Positions 13,212-25,500 of a stretch of DNA of 64,000 bases are shown here, piece by piece. The stretch covers positions 27,032,001 to 27,096,000 of the forward strand of contig JBHGNT010000001.1 of NCBI GenBank assembly GCA_043228905.1. The letters are read 5' to 3'. Positions within the stretch are counted from its first letter, which is position 1; every line of letters starts with the position of its first letter. The notes beneath the pieces are model-generated. The model ran no database searches. It was not told the origin of the DNA and saw nothing but the letters and a program-made list of their open reading frames with translations. This stretch comes from Azolla caroliniana (lineage: Eukaryota; Plantae; Polypodiophyta). The position numbers and the translations under genes are program-made.

Positions 13212-15930
13212 ATGAACGTACAAATGGCTAGCTCGCTCCCTAGTGAAAAGCTAGATTAGAGCAATTTCTCATATTGAGAGTACAAGATGAACCAATACCT
13301 AGTCGGCCAAGGGTATTGGAGCCCTCGAAAACAAACCTGACATCACAAATGCCAACTACCCAACATGGGAGCAAGGGGTGAGTCGGGTGATGTATTGTTT
13401 GACAACATGTGTCCATGATCACATGCTCTGTCACATTTGAGACACCAAGATGCCAAAAGAAGCATGGCTAAATTTGAGAATAATATTTTTCGCCAACACG
13501 ACCACCCACAAGCTTCTCAGTCGGCCAAATCGTGGAGCAAGGCATGCAGATTTGTTTCAACAATGGAGGCTGCTTTATAGAAAAGAATGACCGACTCGTA
13601 GCTAGAGGATGGAGAGAAGGCTGAATGTTTATTCTTGATTTGGGCGAGGTAAAATCAACCAGTTATGCAAACGGTCTTAAGGTTGAATCACATATCGAGT
13701 TGTGGCACAAGAGGATTGGCCACATCAACCTCCAACGGCTCCGAGCTATGCAGTCGAAGGGAATAGTTATCAAACTTCCCACCTTTGAGTCAAAACGAGT
13801 CGATTGAGTATGCGAAGCATGCCAACTCGGCAAACAACATCGACTCCCATTCCCAAAGGAGAGCTACGTAAGCAAATGCCTTCTTGACGTAGTCCACTCA
13901 GATGTGTGGGGGTCAGCCTAAACGTCGACGATCAGCGGATGTTGATACTACATCACCTTCATCGACGATTACTTGCGCTACACATGGATCTTCTTGATGA
14001 AGAAGAAGAGTGAAGTGCTCTCCCACTTCCAAAAGCTCAAGAGCCAAGTGGAGAAAGAAATGGGTCGACATATTCAATGCCTACAATCGAATGGAGGAAA
14101 GGAGTACTTCTATGACGAATTCATCTCCTACCTCCAAGGTGAAGGCATCCGGAGAGAATTTTCATGCAGACACACACCCCAACAAAATGGTGTAGCCGAA
14201 CAAAAGAATTGGCACATACTCGAGATAGCACGTGTAACCGTAGTTTAGTCTGCACACTACGTGAAAAATGTAAAAATAATATATCCGATTTAAGTACATA
14301 TATATAAATAAAAGAAAATATTAAAATATTTATTACATGCATAGGGCAAGATTCAAACCCTATACCTCCATGTAAATAAACCAAAACTTTACCATTGTAT
14401 TAACTTATCATTAAGTGTTATAAATATAGATTTAATAGATATAAGACTTTTATTTATGCCTAGCTTTATTAAAAGGTAAATCATGCATTTTTAGAGTGCG
14501 TGAATACTTTATTTACAAGAAAAATATAAACCAATAAAAAAATACTCGTGCACATCTAGCGTGCGTGAGCACTATATTTAGGAAATAAAACCATAGTGGA
14601 AAAAGCAACTCATGCACATTTAGTGTGCATGAACACTTTAGAAAAAGAAGGAAGCTATGCTTAGTCTCGCCCATCCTTATATAAGGAGGAAGGAAAGATG
14701 TATATGGTTGTTGATTATTTTGTAAGGATTGACCAATATAATATATTCGTGGGATTCACGAGATTCGTAACTTATCTCTCTTTCTACCTATTCATTATTA
14801 GCCTTATCTCATATTCTTCTTTCTCCTAGTCCAAAACCTCAGTGGTTCCCACCCGACTCACGCAACGATCCGGAGCCGAAAGGCACGACAACGCCATGTT
14901 GCATGAGAAGTACAAGCCAAAATACTATTGGGCCGAAGCGGCATCCACGACCGTCTACATTATGAATCGATGCACAACTACTAGAGCACACGAACTAACT
15001 CCACATGAGATGTATGCTGGAAAGAAGACTTTGTCGCATCTACGAGTGTTCAGAAGTATTGCATATGTTCATATCCCGACCGAAAAACGACAGAAGCTCG
15101 ACCCGAAGTCTGAAAAGTGCATTTTCGTGGGATATTCATTCGAACAAAAGGGATACAAGTGCTTCAACCCTTCCACTTGTTCAGTTCGAGTAAGTCAGGT
15201 TGTCATCTTCGACGAACCGTCAACTTGATATAAACCTGATTCGACTTCGTCTGGCCCGACTGAGGAAGAGTCAGACACCATCTCAGATGACGACATTCAG
15301 CCGAAACCTATACCTGCCAATCCAAGCTCAACCATGATGAGCGGACCATTGGAGCAACCGAGCAACCGGAGCACAACACAACCATCGGCCAGGCTGGACA
15401 AAGGTAAAGGTAAGATGCCTAAATATGAAGTCGATCACCCTGACAAAAGCGTTTTGGATGTGTTGGCTCTCTCTTTGGATATTGAGTTCGGAGTGCCCAT
15501 TATGCGGATCCCTGGTGTAAAGAAGGCGTTGGCTTCTACAAATGAAAAACTCAGACACTCGAATAGAGAGAAGAATTTGATTACTCGATTCGGCTACAAT
15601 GAGTATATGGCACACTATTATGCTTTCATGATGAAGCTAGCAACCAAGCAAGAGCCCGAAAGCTTTACGGAAGCAACTCGTGACCCCCGATGAGTGGAAG
15701 CCATGGGCCAAGAGATGTAAACGCTACTTGACAACGAGACTTGGGATCTTGTAGCACCTCCACCGCACAAGAAGACGATTAGTTGTCGATGGATTTACAA
15801 AATCATGCACAATGCTGACGACTCCATCGACCTCCAACGCGTCAGCCCTAATCAACAGACGACCAATATCTTTACCAAGGCCTTAGGAGCAGACAAGCTC
15901 CACCCATTTTCATTGGCACTCGACCTTTGG
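13212..15930 (+). pseudogene. C1 gag-pol remnant (gag truncated, integrase interrupted, most of RT/RH deleted)
   Basis: Motifs LWHKRIGHIN, HSDVWG, FIDDY, TPQQNGVAE, YWAEAASTTVY, KLDPKSEKCIFVGY. The RT start (WIYKIMHNAD) is joined directly to the RNase H end (IFTKALG) near 15830. Confidence 0.88.
14233..14890 (+). mobile_element. Solo-LTR-like insertion in C1 integrase
   Basis: Interrupts ILEIAR|AMLHEK. Termini are TGTAACC...CACGACA with a TATA-like ccttatataagg near 14676. The TSD is not clean. Confidence 0.7.
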
Positions 15931-16037
15931 CCAATTAACACTCCAAGCCTTCGTCGAAGGCTTCTGGATTAGGAAATGAAAACTGCCGACATGACTTAGT
16001 CAATAGCCGAACTCTCACACTTGAGCTTGAGCGAGCG

Positions 16038-16348
16038 TGTTGAGATTTCAAGGTCAACTTAGTTAATTACGTAACTTAGTAGTTACCTAGATAGAATCTA
16101 GTTAGAATGTTAACTATAAAGTGGGATACCTTCTAGATTCCCCACTATGGGATACCTTCTAGATTCCCCACTATCAAGTTCATTTAATATAGGACTTACA
16201 CCCTTCTACCTATATTCTCCTCACACATGTGCACCTTTGCACATGAGATGTATATATACCTCATTGTGGGTATTTTTTTTTATGTCTCTTAAATATAAGT
16301 AAGAGTTCCTCGAGCTACACTTATTAATCATCCCCCATTTATTGTTCA
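16038..16348 (+). repeat. C1 3' LTR, left part (continues at 35207-35345)
   Basis: Preceded by PPT-like tgagcttgagcgagcg; homologous to the 5' LTR; split by C2. Confidence 0.9.
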
Positions 16349-17172
16349 TGTTGAGAGATCATGCTCAACTTAGTTTAGTTAGTTAGTCAACTATGTAACT
16401 TCGTAGTTACCTAGATAGAATCTAGTTAGAAGTGTTGACTATAACGCCTTAAATATGACCTTGTACTTAAGTGGGATATTCTAAATCCTCCACTCCTAAG
16501 TACATTTAATATAGGACTTACACCTTAGTACCTATATTCTACTCACACATGTGCACATTTGCACATGAGATGTATGTATACCTCATTGTGGGTATTTTTG
16601 TATTTGATGATGATGATAATGCTAATTTAACATAGTTACTCATCCCCCATCTTGTGTTGTTCATAAGTGTATCTCTCTCTCTCTCTCTCCTTCTTGCATG
16701 CTTTCTCTCTCTCTCTCTCTCTCCTTCTTGCATGCTCTCTCTCTCTCTCTCTCTCTCTCTCTATTGTTTGGGTGCAACGGTCGTGCTGTTGTTGCCACAT
16801 TGTCGTCGATGTTGTCTGCGACGTCTATCGCCGCCTGCTACCATGCTGCACTCTCTCTCTCTCCCCCCCTCATTGTGTTGTCGTCTGTTGCCGCGCTGCC
16901 GCCTCTGACGTCTATCGCCGTCTGCGTGCTGGACGACCTGCTGGCGTTCGTCATCGTCCGTCGTAGTCGTCGTTGCCGTTGCCGTGTTCTTCTCTTTCTT
17001 GTTCTTGACGTTGCCGAGTGCCGTGTTTCTTTTCTTGGGGGCGCATCCTTCCTCTGTGGGTTCTTTTAGCATGCTCGTCGCGTGCAAACTGCCGATGTGA
17101 TTGCGACATACACACAAACTCGGTTAAGTCTCGAACCCATTTATTTTATCTTTTTTTCCTATTGACACTACA

Positions 17173-17979
17173 GTGTCTAAACGAAAGGAACATAAGGATA
17201 CACAAGATGAGGCTATAAGTAAGGAGGACTCTTTAGATATGTTTAATCGTTTAACAAAAATAGAGATGGATATGAAAAAATGGGTGAAAGACGTCGAAAC
17301 CCACAAGAAAAAAGATAGAGAGGAAAAAGACGCCCTCAAGGCCGAAATAGAAAAACTTAAAGAGGAAAACACAAACCTCAAACAACAACTTAATGACATC
17401 GAGGTATCCCGAGACGTCAGTAAAATATCCTCCATAGAGGATATAAAAGATGAGATCAAAAAAGTTAAAGAGGAGGTTAAAAATAACATAGAGTTAGCAA
17501 AAACGGGTTGGGTAGATGTGGTTAAAAGAAACATTAAAAAAGAAATAAAAGATGAAAATATTGTTAATACCACCCTTGAAGAGGAGAAAATGCGTCAGGC
17601 CCGACGCCTAAATGTGTGTGTCACTGGGCTCAAGGAAGGTGCATCCCCGGACGAGGATGCACAAACACTCTGGAAAATGTTAGGGTACACAACGACCCTA
17701 CCTATCACCAAAGCTTGGAGGGCCGGACGCGACACAACTACGAAGAGAGCCTTAGTTCTTCAATTTAAAGACTTAGACTCTAGAATCACTTTCTTTAAGA
17801 AGAGACCAATTCTTCGAGGATTGGGTGGGGACCCTATCTATCTCGATGAAGACCTCACCAAGATGCAAATTGAGCATCGCAAGAGTTGTATGCCAAAGGT
17901 TATGCAAGCTCGTAAAGAAGGGCATCACGCCTTTTATCGAGATGGGCGAGTGATCATAAATGATTGCACTACTAATTGA
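17173..17979 (+). CDS. LINE ORF1: coiled coil plus putative RNA-binding domain
   Basis: K/E-rich coiled coil followed by EEEKMRQARRLNVCVTGLKE...IYLDEDLT, typical of non-LTR ORF1 proteins. The true start codon is uncertain. Confidence 0.8.
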   Translation: MSKRKEHKDTQDEAISKEDSLDMFNRLTKIEMDMKKWVKDVETHKKKDREEKDALKAEIEKLKEENTNLKQQLNDIEVSRDVSKISSIEDIKDEIKKVKEEVKNNIELAKTGWVDVVKRNIKKEIKDENIVNTTLEEEKMRQARRLNVCVTGLKEGASPDEDAQTLWKMLGYTTTLPITKAWRAGRDTTTKRALVLQFKDLDSRITFFKKRPILRGLGGDPIYLDEDLTKMQIEHRKSCMPKVMQARKEGHHAFYRDGRVIINDCTTN

Positions 17980-18015
17980 CGGCGTGTGGCCCATGTGACA
18001 GAAAACACACTTAGG

Positions 18016-21000
18016 ATGACCTTATGGAATTGTAACGACACACTCTGGACACACCCCGGCCGCCTAGAGGAGATATTAAAGGAATCAGATATAGTTTGCC
18101 TAGTAGAAACACACCAAACCCCAAATAGGGGACTCCCACGAGTCGAAGGATTTTGTTGGGAGTCGGCTTTTAGACAAACCTCATGTCAATGCACTACCAA
18201 GGGATCTGGAGGTGTCGCAATATTGTTTCGGAGGGAGCTACATAATAGGATAGAAATACTGAGCACAAACCCAGAAGCTCGTTTTATGTGGGTGAAAGTC
18301 TCCACAAGCAAGGACAAGGCAATATTTTTTGCCATTTGTTACTTCCCCCCGAAAGGCTCTCGTTATAATCTAGCTGGCAAGGCAAGATTAGTTGATGAAG
18401 GAGTGCCACATGGGCCTTCCCCATATGAACCTCTATCGGATGACATAATCCGATATTCTTCCCAAGGAGAAGTATTCCTTGTAGGAGACTTTAATGCGAG
18501 AACCCAATCCCGACAATGCACAATATTTCAAATGAATAGAAACCTAGAAATGGTAAATGTCGATCCTTTAGACATAGGCACCACACATAGATCAAAGGAT
18601 CAAGGTGCGGACGCCACGAGCTTTGGCCATCATTTGCTTGAACTTGACAGTCGGCACCAGATGGTCATATATAATGGTTTAGCCAAGTGGCCAGGTTCGG
18701 AAGAGCTCACATGTTTCCCACATGGAGGAGGGGAAAGCACAATTGATTATCTAACAGGACGCCATGAAGCTACCCACATGATTAACTCCTTCCGAGTGGC
18801 CCCATGTCCTATTGGCGCAGACCATAGTTTCTTATACTTCGAGCTAAAATGCGATATCTCTAACGTCACCAACTCTAGTCAACCACGCCATGACATCACA
18901 ATAACATCACAATACATTTCACACATGATCTCTCTGACATATATGCTCGACATGTTCAAGCCCATCTCTCCTCCCTTGATCCCTCCCTACCTTTAGAGAG
19001 CCTTAGTACAAAACTCACACACATCCTTCACTCTACAGCAGTTAGCAGTTTCCCATACACGAAACACTCAAATCAAGGTAAAGTAGGATCTATGCCACAA
19101 AATAGATGGTATGATGAGGATTGTAGGTGCTTACATAGACAACTTACAATATCGCAACTCAATGGTAGTATTACCTTAGTACAAGCTCGTAAAGAAATGC
19201 GCAAGATGACACGTCGTAAGAGACGAGCATGGGAGGCATCCCAATATTGGGAACTCTACCATATGCTCATGAGTAGTGATTGTGCCACTGCATGGAAGAG
19301 ATTACGGGAACCAATACCAGAAACACCCATCGAAGATCCCGAAACTTGGCACACTCATACAGAGAGACTTTACCAAATCCCAAACCAACCACCCATTCCA
19401 ATGCCTTCTACACCCCGACCTACTGTGGGGACACTCTTCACGACCTCTAGGGTCACGAAGGTCATAAAGAAATTACAACATAGGAAGTCCATGGACCACA
19501 CAAGATTGCGAGCAGAACACATCATATATGTGAGAGAGTGCCTAGCTCCCTTGCTAACTCTAATCTTCAATCGCGCCCTCGCAGAGGGTTTTCCACCACA
19601 ATGGACCATGAACACAATGGCCCCCATACATAAAGGGGGGGACCCCATGGACCTAAATACTTATAGGACCATTATGATAGGTCATACCCTTGCTAAATTA
19701 TATAGTGCAGTAATGGAGGCAGAGTTTAGCGATTATATGGAGACCTTAAATCTTCGTGCGCCTGAACAGGCTAGCTTTAGACGAGCCTTCTCCACTATTG
19801 ATCATATCTTCACACTTAGATGCTTAATTGACCAGACTAAGGCTCGCAAGAAGAAACTATATTGTTGTTTTGTGGACTTCCGCAAAGCCTTTGACACGGT
19901 CCCTAGAGAGCGGTTGTTTGATAGGCTTAAGAGCTTGAGGATACCAGATGACATGGTTTGGGCCATCTACGCACTATATGAACAAGTGTCCAGGTGTGTT
20001 CAATGCCCAAGTGGCATATCCGGTAGTTTCACTAGCACTATTGGTGTAAAACAAGGTTGCCCCTTATCTCCAACTCTTTTTGGGATCTACATTGATGAGA
20101 TCACAAATTTTATTGCTCGTAAGGGAGGCAATGGAGTAGTCCTTGGGGATACACAGGTACGTATCTTGCTCTATGCAGAAGACATAGTTTTGCTCTCTGA
20201 ATCCGAACACGACCTACAAAGGCACCTTAATGCCTTCGATGACTTTTGCACACAATGAGGATTGGTAGTGAATCTAGGGAAAACTAAAGTCCTTATCTTC
20301 CACACGTCGGCCCAAGTTAGAGCTAAGTGTCACCTAACTATCTCCCATAGCCCAATTGAGGTGGTTGGATCATATGTCTATCTCAGAGTCACTTTCAGTG
20401 CCCGCTCAGGTAAATTTTCGATGACACAAGCAGCGAAGGATAGACTTACAAGAGGACATGCACCCCTCTCACTCCTCGAGAGAAAATGCCACCAAGCATA
20501 CTTCCAAGAGCCACGAACTAAAGGGTGGCTCTTTGACTCATTAGTGACTCCCTCTTTCATGTATACATTAGCGGTTTGGGCTCCAGGACTACCATCTTTC
20601 ATGTGGACGCAATTAGAGAGACCATTGGTGATGATGTTATCACGCCAACTCCGAAGCAAATTGTCAGTCCCACATGACATTATTAGGGCTGAGTTCACTC
20701 TACCCCATATGTTAGTAGAAGCACTTTTTCAACTTGTAGTCTTTATCCACAGGATACATAACCAACCACTTGATAGAATATCCCATCAAGCCTTTAAGGC
20801 TTCTCGAGCACTTTATGAGTCCGGCTATACTAGCTCATGGTATGGCATGATGGTGAGTTGGCTTCTTGCCAACGGTCTAGACATTAATAACCTTCCCCCC
20901 CTTAAGTACGACCACACGACTGATAACACTTTAATCTCTCATGAGGACTGTAATAAAATAATACGCCAAGAACTATGGCAAATTTATACTCAGTATAAAT

Positions 21001-21740
21001 GGATCACCCCACTAGAGCCACTCCCATCTAAAATGTCATACTATAAGGAACACTTTATGCACTTCTCTAAGTTAGGTTTTATTACACGGCCAAAATATCT
21101 AGATGTATTCTTACCGCATGCACTAAGGGTTGCCATTGGTCAACTTAGAATATCATCTCACCAACTTGAGATTGAGAATGGACGTACTAATGGAGTCCCT
21201 AGGGAGGAAAGGATATGTAGGTTATGCCACATAGAGATAGAGGATGAGTACCATTTTACATGCAAATGCCCCACCTATGCCAAGATAAGGGCAAAATACC
21301 AAGACATACTTGGTTCCTCTCCCATCCTCCCTAAACTATTAGATATACTAGATATAAAGAAATTAGGTAGATACATCTTAGAATTGAAACAACACAGAGA
21401 GAATAAGTTACAAAACGTTGATAATAATGTTGCTAATGTTTACCAACATGTAACAAATGAAGTTTTTCAGGAACAGGGGGAGACAATGAATGTACAGACA
21501 CCTACACCACTCGGGCTTTTCCTTGATGAAGCAAAAAATCAAAGAAGAACCAAACGCCCTTGGATGCCGGGTTTCAAACCAACTCGACGAGATGTAGAAG
21601 CAATAAAGAAAATAAGGGAACGTGAACTACACTGCCTAGAAGCCATGGCTAGGGTACTCTATACACCGGGACCATGGGTCACACCCACACCAAAAACTTT
21701 TGACCACCCACTTCTTTTTGAGAGACTTGGGTGGAAATGA
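18016..21740 (+). pseudogene. LINE ORF2 (APE endonuclease, RT, C-terminal CCHC), disrupted
   Basis: Motifs GDFNART, TIDY, ADHS; FVDFRKAFDTV, GVKQGCPLSPTLF, YAED in place of YADD; RICRLCHIEIEDEYHFTCKCP. Frameshift near 18.9 kb and TGA at 20256. Confidence 0.9.
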
Positions 21741-21902
21741 GATTAGGCTTAGTGCAAAGTTTTGTACACTACTAGAACCCTCTGAGCTTAAGCTATTTTC
21801 TTTTATTTTAGTTTTGATGATTGGATAAACACTCATTTTTGTTGTAAACCAATTGTCTCATGGGCCAAATTTGGCCTTAGAAGACGTTAATATATCTTTC
21901 TT

Positions 21903-21942
<40 letters not shown>

Positions 21943-22213
21943 TCTCACACACATACACACACATATCACATAATCTTCCGCTTATCAACTAATCACATAA
22001 TTAGGTACTAATTAACCCTTAATTACTTACCTAGTTTTTAACATGGTATCAGAGTGTGTGGTTTAGCACATCCACTAAGCCCACCCAACTCTTCGTAATT
22101 GTGTGTTCGAAACACCGACAACAAATTCCGGCCATTCGCTACCGTAGTGCCGCTACGTAGCACGTACACATGATCGAAGGAAGAAAAACAAAAGAAGAGA
22201 AGACACCATCAAC

Positions 22214-22521
22214 ATGAACACACAAATGGGTAGCTCGCTCCCTAGCGAAAAGCTAGACCGGAGCAATTATTCATCTTGGGAGTACAAGATGACCCAATAC
22301 CTCTTCGGCCAAGGGTATTGGAGCTACATCAACGACACACAAGAAAATCGACCCGACTCGAAAAATGCCGACTATGCAACATGGGAGCAAGCGGCGAGTC
22401 GAGTCATGTATTGCTTGGCAATATGTGTCCATGACCACATGCTTAGCCACATTCGAGACGCCAAGATGCCCAAAGAGGCGTGGGAGAACTTAAAGAAAAT
22501 GTTCACTGCCAACACAACCGT
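22214..22521 (+). pseudogene. C2 gag N-terminal part (continues at 29302)
   Basis: MNTQMGSSLPSEKLDRSNYSSWEYKM...ANTT, resuming as ARKIQLRQELNNIRQ after G1. Confidence 0.88.
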
Positions 22522-25500
22522 TGTCGTGAAGAAAACATAGGCGGATTCGGGCAAAAAGGCGCATGAACCGGCTCTTACACGGATGGACGCTTGACGTGAT
22601 ATTTTGATATTGATTCATAAATGGATCAACTGATGTAAATACTAAGTAGTGCACATTTATTAGGAGGAATTGTGCGTATCTCTGTCAGAAGGGACAGGGA
22701 ATAAAGCGATTTGACTAGGGAAAAGGGCACCCTTTTTTTTGGGAACTATTTAAGGAGAGGAGAGAAGGAAGACCAAATATCGCGCGTTGGCAAAGACGAA
22801 GTGGGGCGGTAGAACTGAGTGCCGAGCGCTCTCTTCTCCTCCTCCGGTCGTCGGTCTCTATGGGTGTCGAGAGTTCGCTGCCTCTGCTTCGTTGACAGCC
22901 CGTGTGCTTCAAGCAGAGGCTCTCCCCCTTTTGGTTCCTGGAGTTGTGTGTCAGTCCTCTGTGTGCGTGAGTAGGACCCCGTGTCAGGCCCATCACCGGG
23001 TCGCCGATTGTAACTGTTCGAGTTGTAAGCTATTGATTTTAGTAATTGGGTTCTTGTTTTCTTGCTCTTAACTCTTCTCTGTGTATCTCCCTCTCTCCCT
23101 CTCCCTCTCTCTCCCTCTCTCCCTCTCTCTCCCTCTCTCTCTCCTTCGTCCAAGACCCCCATGGTCCCGCCTCTTTCTACACGCACGCGCGTAGCAACGC
23201 AACACCGCCCGAAAGATTCAACTCCGACAAGAGTTGAACAACATTCGGCAAAAAGACATGTTCGTGTCGGACTACACCGCCAAGATCAAGTACGGGTTTG
23301 ACGACTCGCTTCGGCTGTCGAGGCGGGACTTCATGGCGTGGGTGGAAAGCCCCGGAAAGGGGAGGAACACGTCGGCGCTCCTCCAGGAGTTCGAAAAACG
23401 GTTCGCGAGGCTGTCGACGTTGGACCGGACCGTGCTCGAAACGAGTCGAGTACTACTATTTGTCAAGTCGGTGGACGCGCTCAACAGGGAAAAGGTGGGT
23501 CCCCTATTGGAAACGGATGAAGGGCTCACAACAGACTGGGCCGCGGTAAAATGAGTCTGCAGCCGTTTCGACAAACGGCGCGATTGGAGCAACAGAAGCT
23601 CGTCGGGGTCAGGGCCGGTCCCAGGGAGGAGGCTCGAGGAGTCGGTATCGGTGCCAGCCGGTAGGAAAGAAGAAACCGGAATCGGGCTAGAGTCGGGGTC
23701 GACATCGAATGACGTGGTCAGAGGCCCATCCGGAGGAGCGGCTCTGGAGGAGCTGACACAGATGGTGCACGACCTGCAGATCGCACAGGCCCGGAGAGAC
23801 AGTGGAGAACAACCTCGCGACCGGAGGCCGCCGGCTGGGCAGCGGTGCATGTGGTGTGACGTGATCGGTCACATTTGGAAGGATTGCGCGGATTTTGCCG
23901 ACGCACTCAGGACCAACGTGGTGTACCTCTGGAATGGGCGGGTGCACGCGAGCGAGACCCTGAGAGCCCTAGAACTAAATACGGGTCGCGACGGAATGAA
24001 GAGGTTGATGGAAGAGGCCGCGGCACGGCACGTTGAAGCCGTTAACTACACAATGTCGGCGGGAATTCGGGTCGGGGGCGACGAGTCCCGAAAGGTGAAG
24101 GACTCCGGATTCTGGCCGCTAGTGCTAGAAGGCTTCTCCGGAGTTCGGCTGAAGAAGGAAGAGGCGGACCGCGCGGAACAACGGGTCCAGGAGGTCACCG
24201 GATGGGACGATCCGGTCGAAGAGAAAACGGGCTTCGTAGAAGCCGCTTGCCAGAACTACGAGGTTCTGGTGGAAGACAAACGGGCAGGAAAGGCCCGGGG
24301 GGGGGGGGGGGGGTCCCCCGCAGAGGTATGAGACCCGGTTCGAACCGAAACCGACCAGTGCCGGCAACCTAGGCGCGCCGGACGGAAAGAAGCCGGCGGG
24401 GTTTCGGTTGAGCACCGAAATCAAGAGAGCAACGGACCTACGGAAGGTCCTTGAAGAGCGGATCCTCGACAGTAAAGTGGAGCTGTTGTTGCGGGAGGTG
24501 CTGGGAATCGCCAAGAGGGAGTTCCACGACTCCATCGTAGACTTGGTGAAATGGAAGAGGCTCTCCACGGAGCCAGAACCGGAGAAGCCGGTGGAGGTGC
24601 GGACTACGCACTTAGAAGACGTGGCCCTAGAAGACGAGTTGGCGGAAAGCCACTACGTGAAGCCGCATTGGGCCAGGGCAACTACGGAAACCCCTGTGCG
24701 GATCGGCGACGTTCCGGAACCGGTGGTGGCCTTGGTAGGCCATGGATCCGAAATCAGCCTGATGTCCATGGATTTCTACAAGAAGGGTAAATGGCCGATC
24801 AACACCAAGCACGAGTGGAAGATACACGCGGCGACGCGTGCTACGGAGGAGTTGCATGGTGCGTGCCCGAATATACACGTAAAGGTCGTTGACGTCGAGA
24901 TAGATCAACATTTCTTCGTGCAGGAAACATCCTCGCACCCGGTGATTCTCGACGAACCATACATTACGGCAACACGCATGGAGATGAAGGTGCTGGACAA
25001 CGGTTCGGCGTACGCGCGCATCAAGAGCCAGGACGGTGGGCATTCCGTCCAATTCATGACCGTACGACTGAACCATGAGAGGAATCGTGAGACCCTCAAC
25101 GGCGGCGACCGAGGGGATTTTTAGAGAGGGCTATCAAGGTGTGGGGCCGCGGTAGTCCGGACGTACCAGAAGAACCCCACACATGTACAGTAGGTAGGAA
25201 GTTTTGGTTCTCCGAAAACGGAGGTTGTACTATAGCCAACGTCAACGGCTGGGAAAGGAAGCGAGCGAAGGAGTGGCTCAGGAGATGCAGAATCCTCTCC
25301 CTCGACGAAGAGATCAACAGAGTTGTGGAGGCGGTCTCTTTTGACGACACCTTGGGCGAGTTGCGAAAGGTGATCGGTGAAGACCTTAGAGAAGACTGGA
25401 CCGTTCCGGTAGGATCGATGGGAATGTACGAAGTCATCGCGGACTTCGGGGAAAGGATCGGGTCGAATCGGACGGCCCGCATGGATACAAAGTACAAGAC

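Larger units (their letters stand above)
16763..21895 (+). mobile_element. Apparently full-length RTE-group (RTEX-like) LINE inside the (CT)n tract of the C2 5' LTR
   Basis: GC-rich 5' UTR, ORF1, APE-RT-CCHC ORF2 and short 3' UTR. Both sides are (CT)n and LTR sequence resumes on each side. Confidence 0.88.

Noticed and set aside
16539-17218. Several SLSLSL/ERERER ORFs
   Set aside because: Microsatellite and GC-rich LINE 5' UTR artefacts.
24297-24313. G17 run at the gag/pol frame change as a programmed frameshift
   Set aside because: Homopolymer length is unstable and error-prone, and the element has many other lesions.
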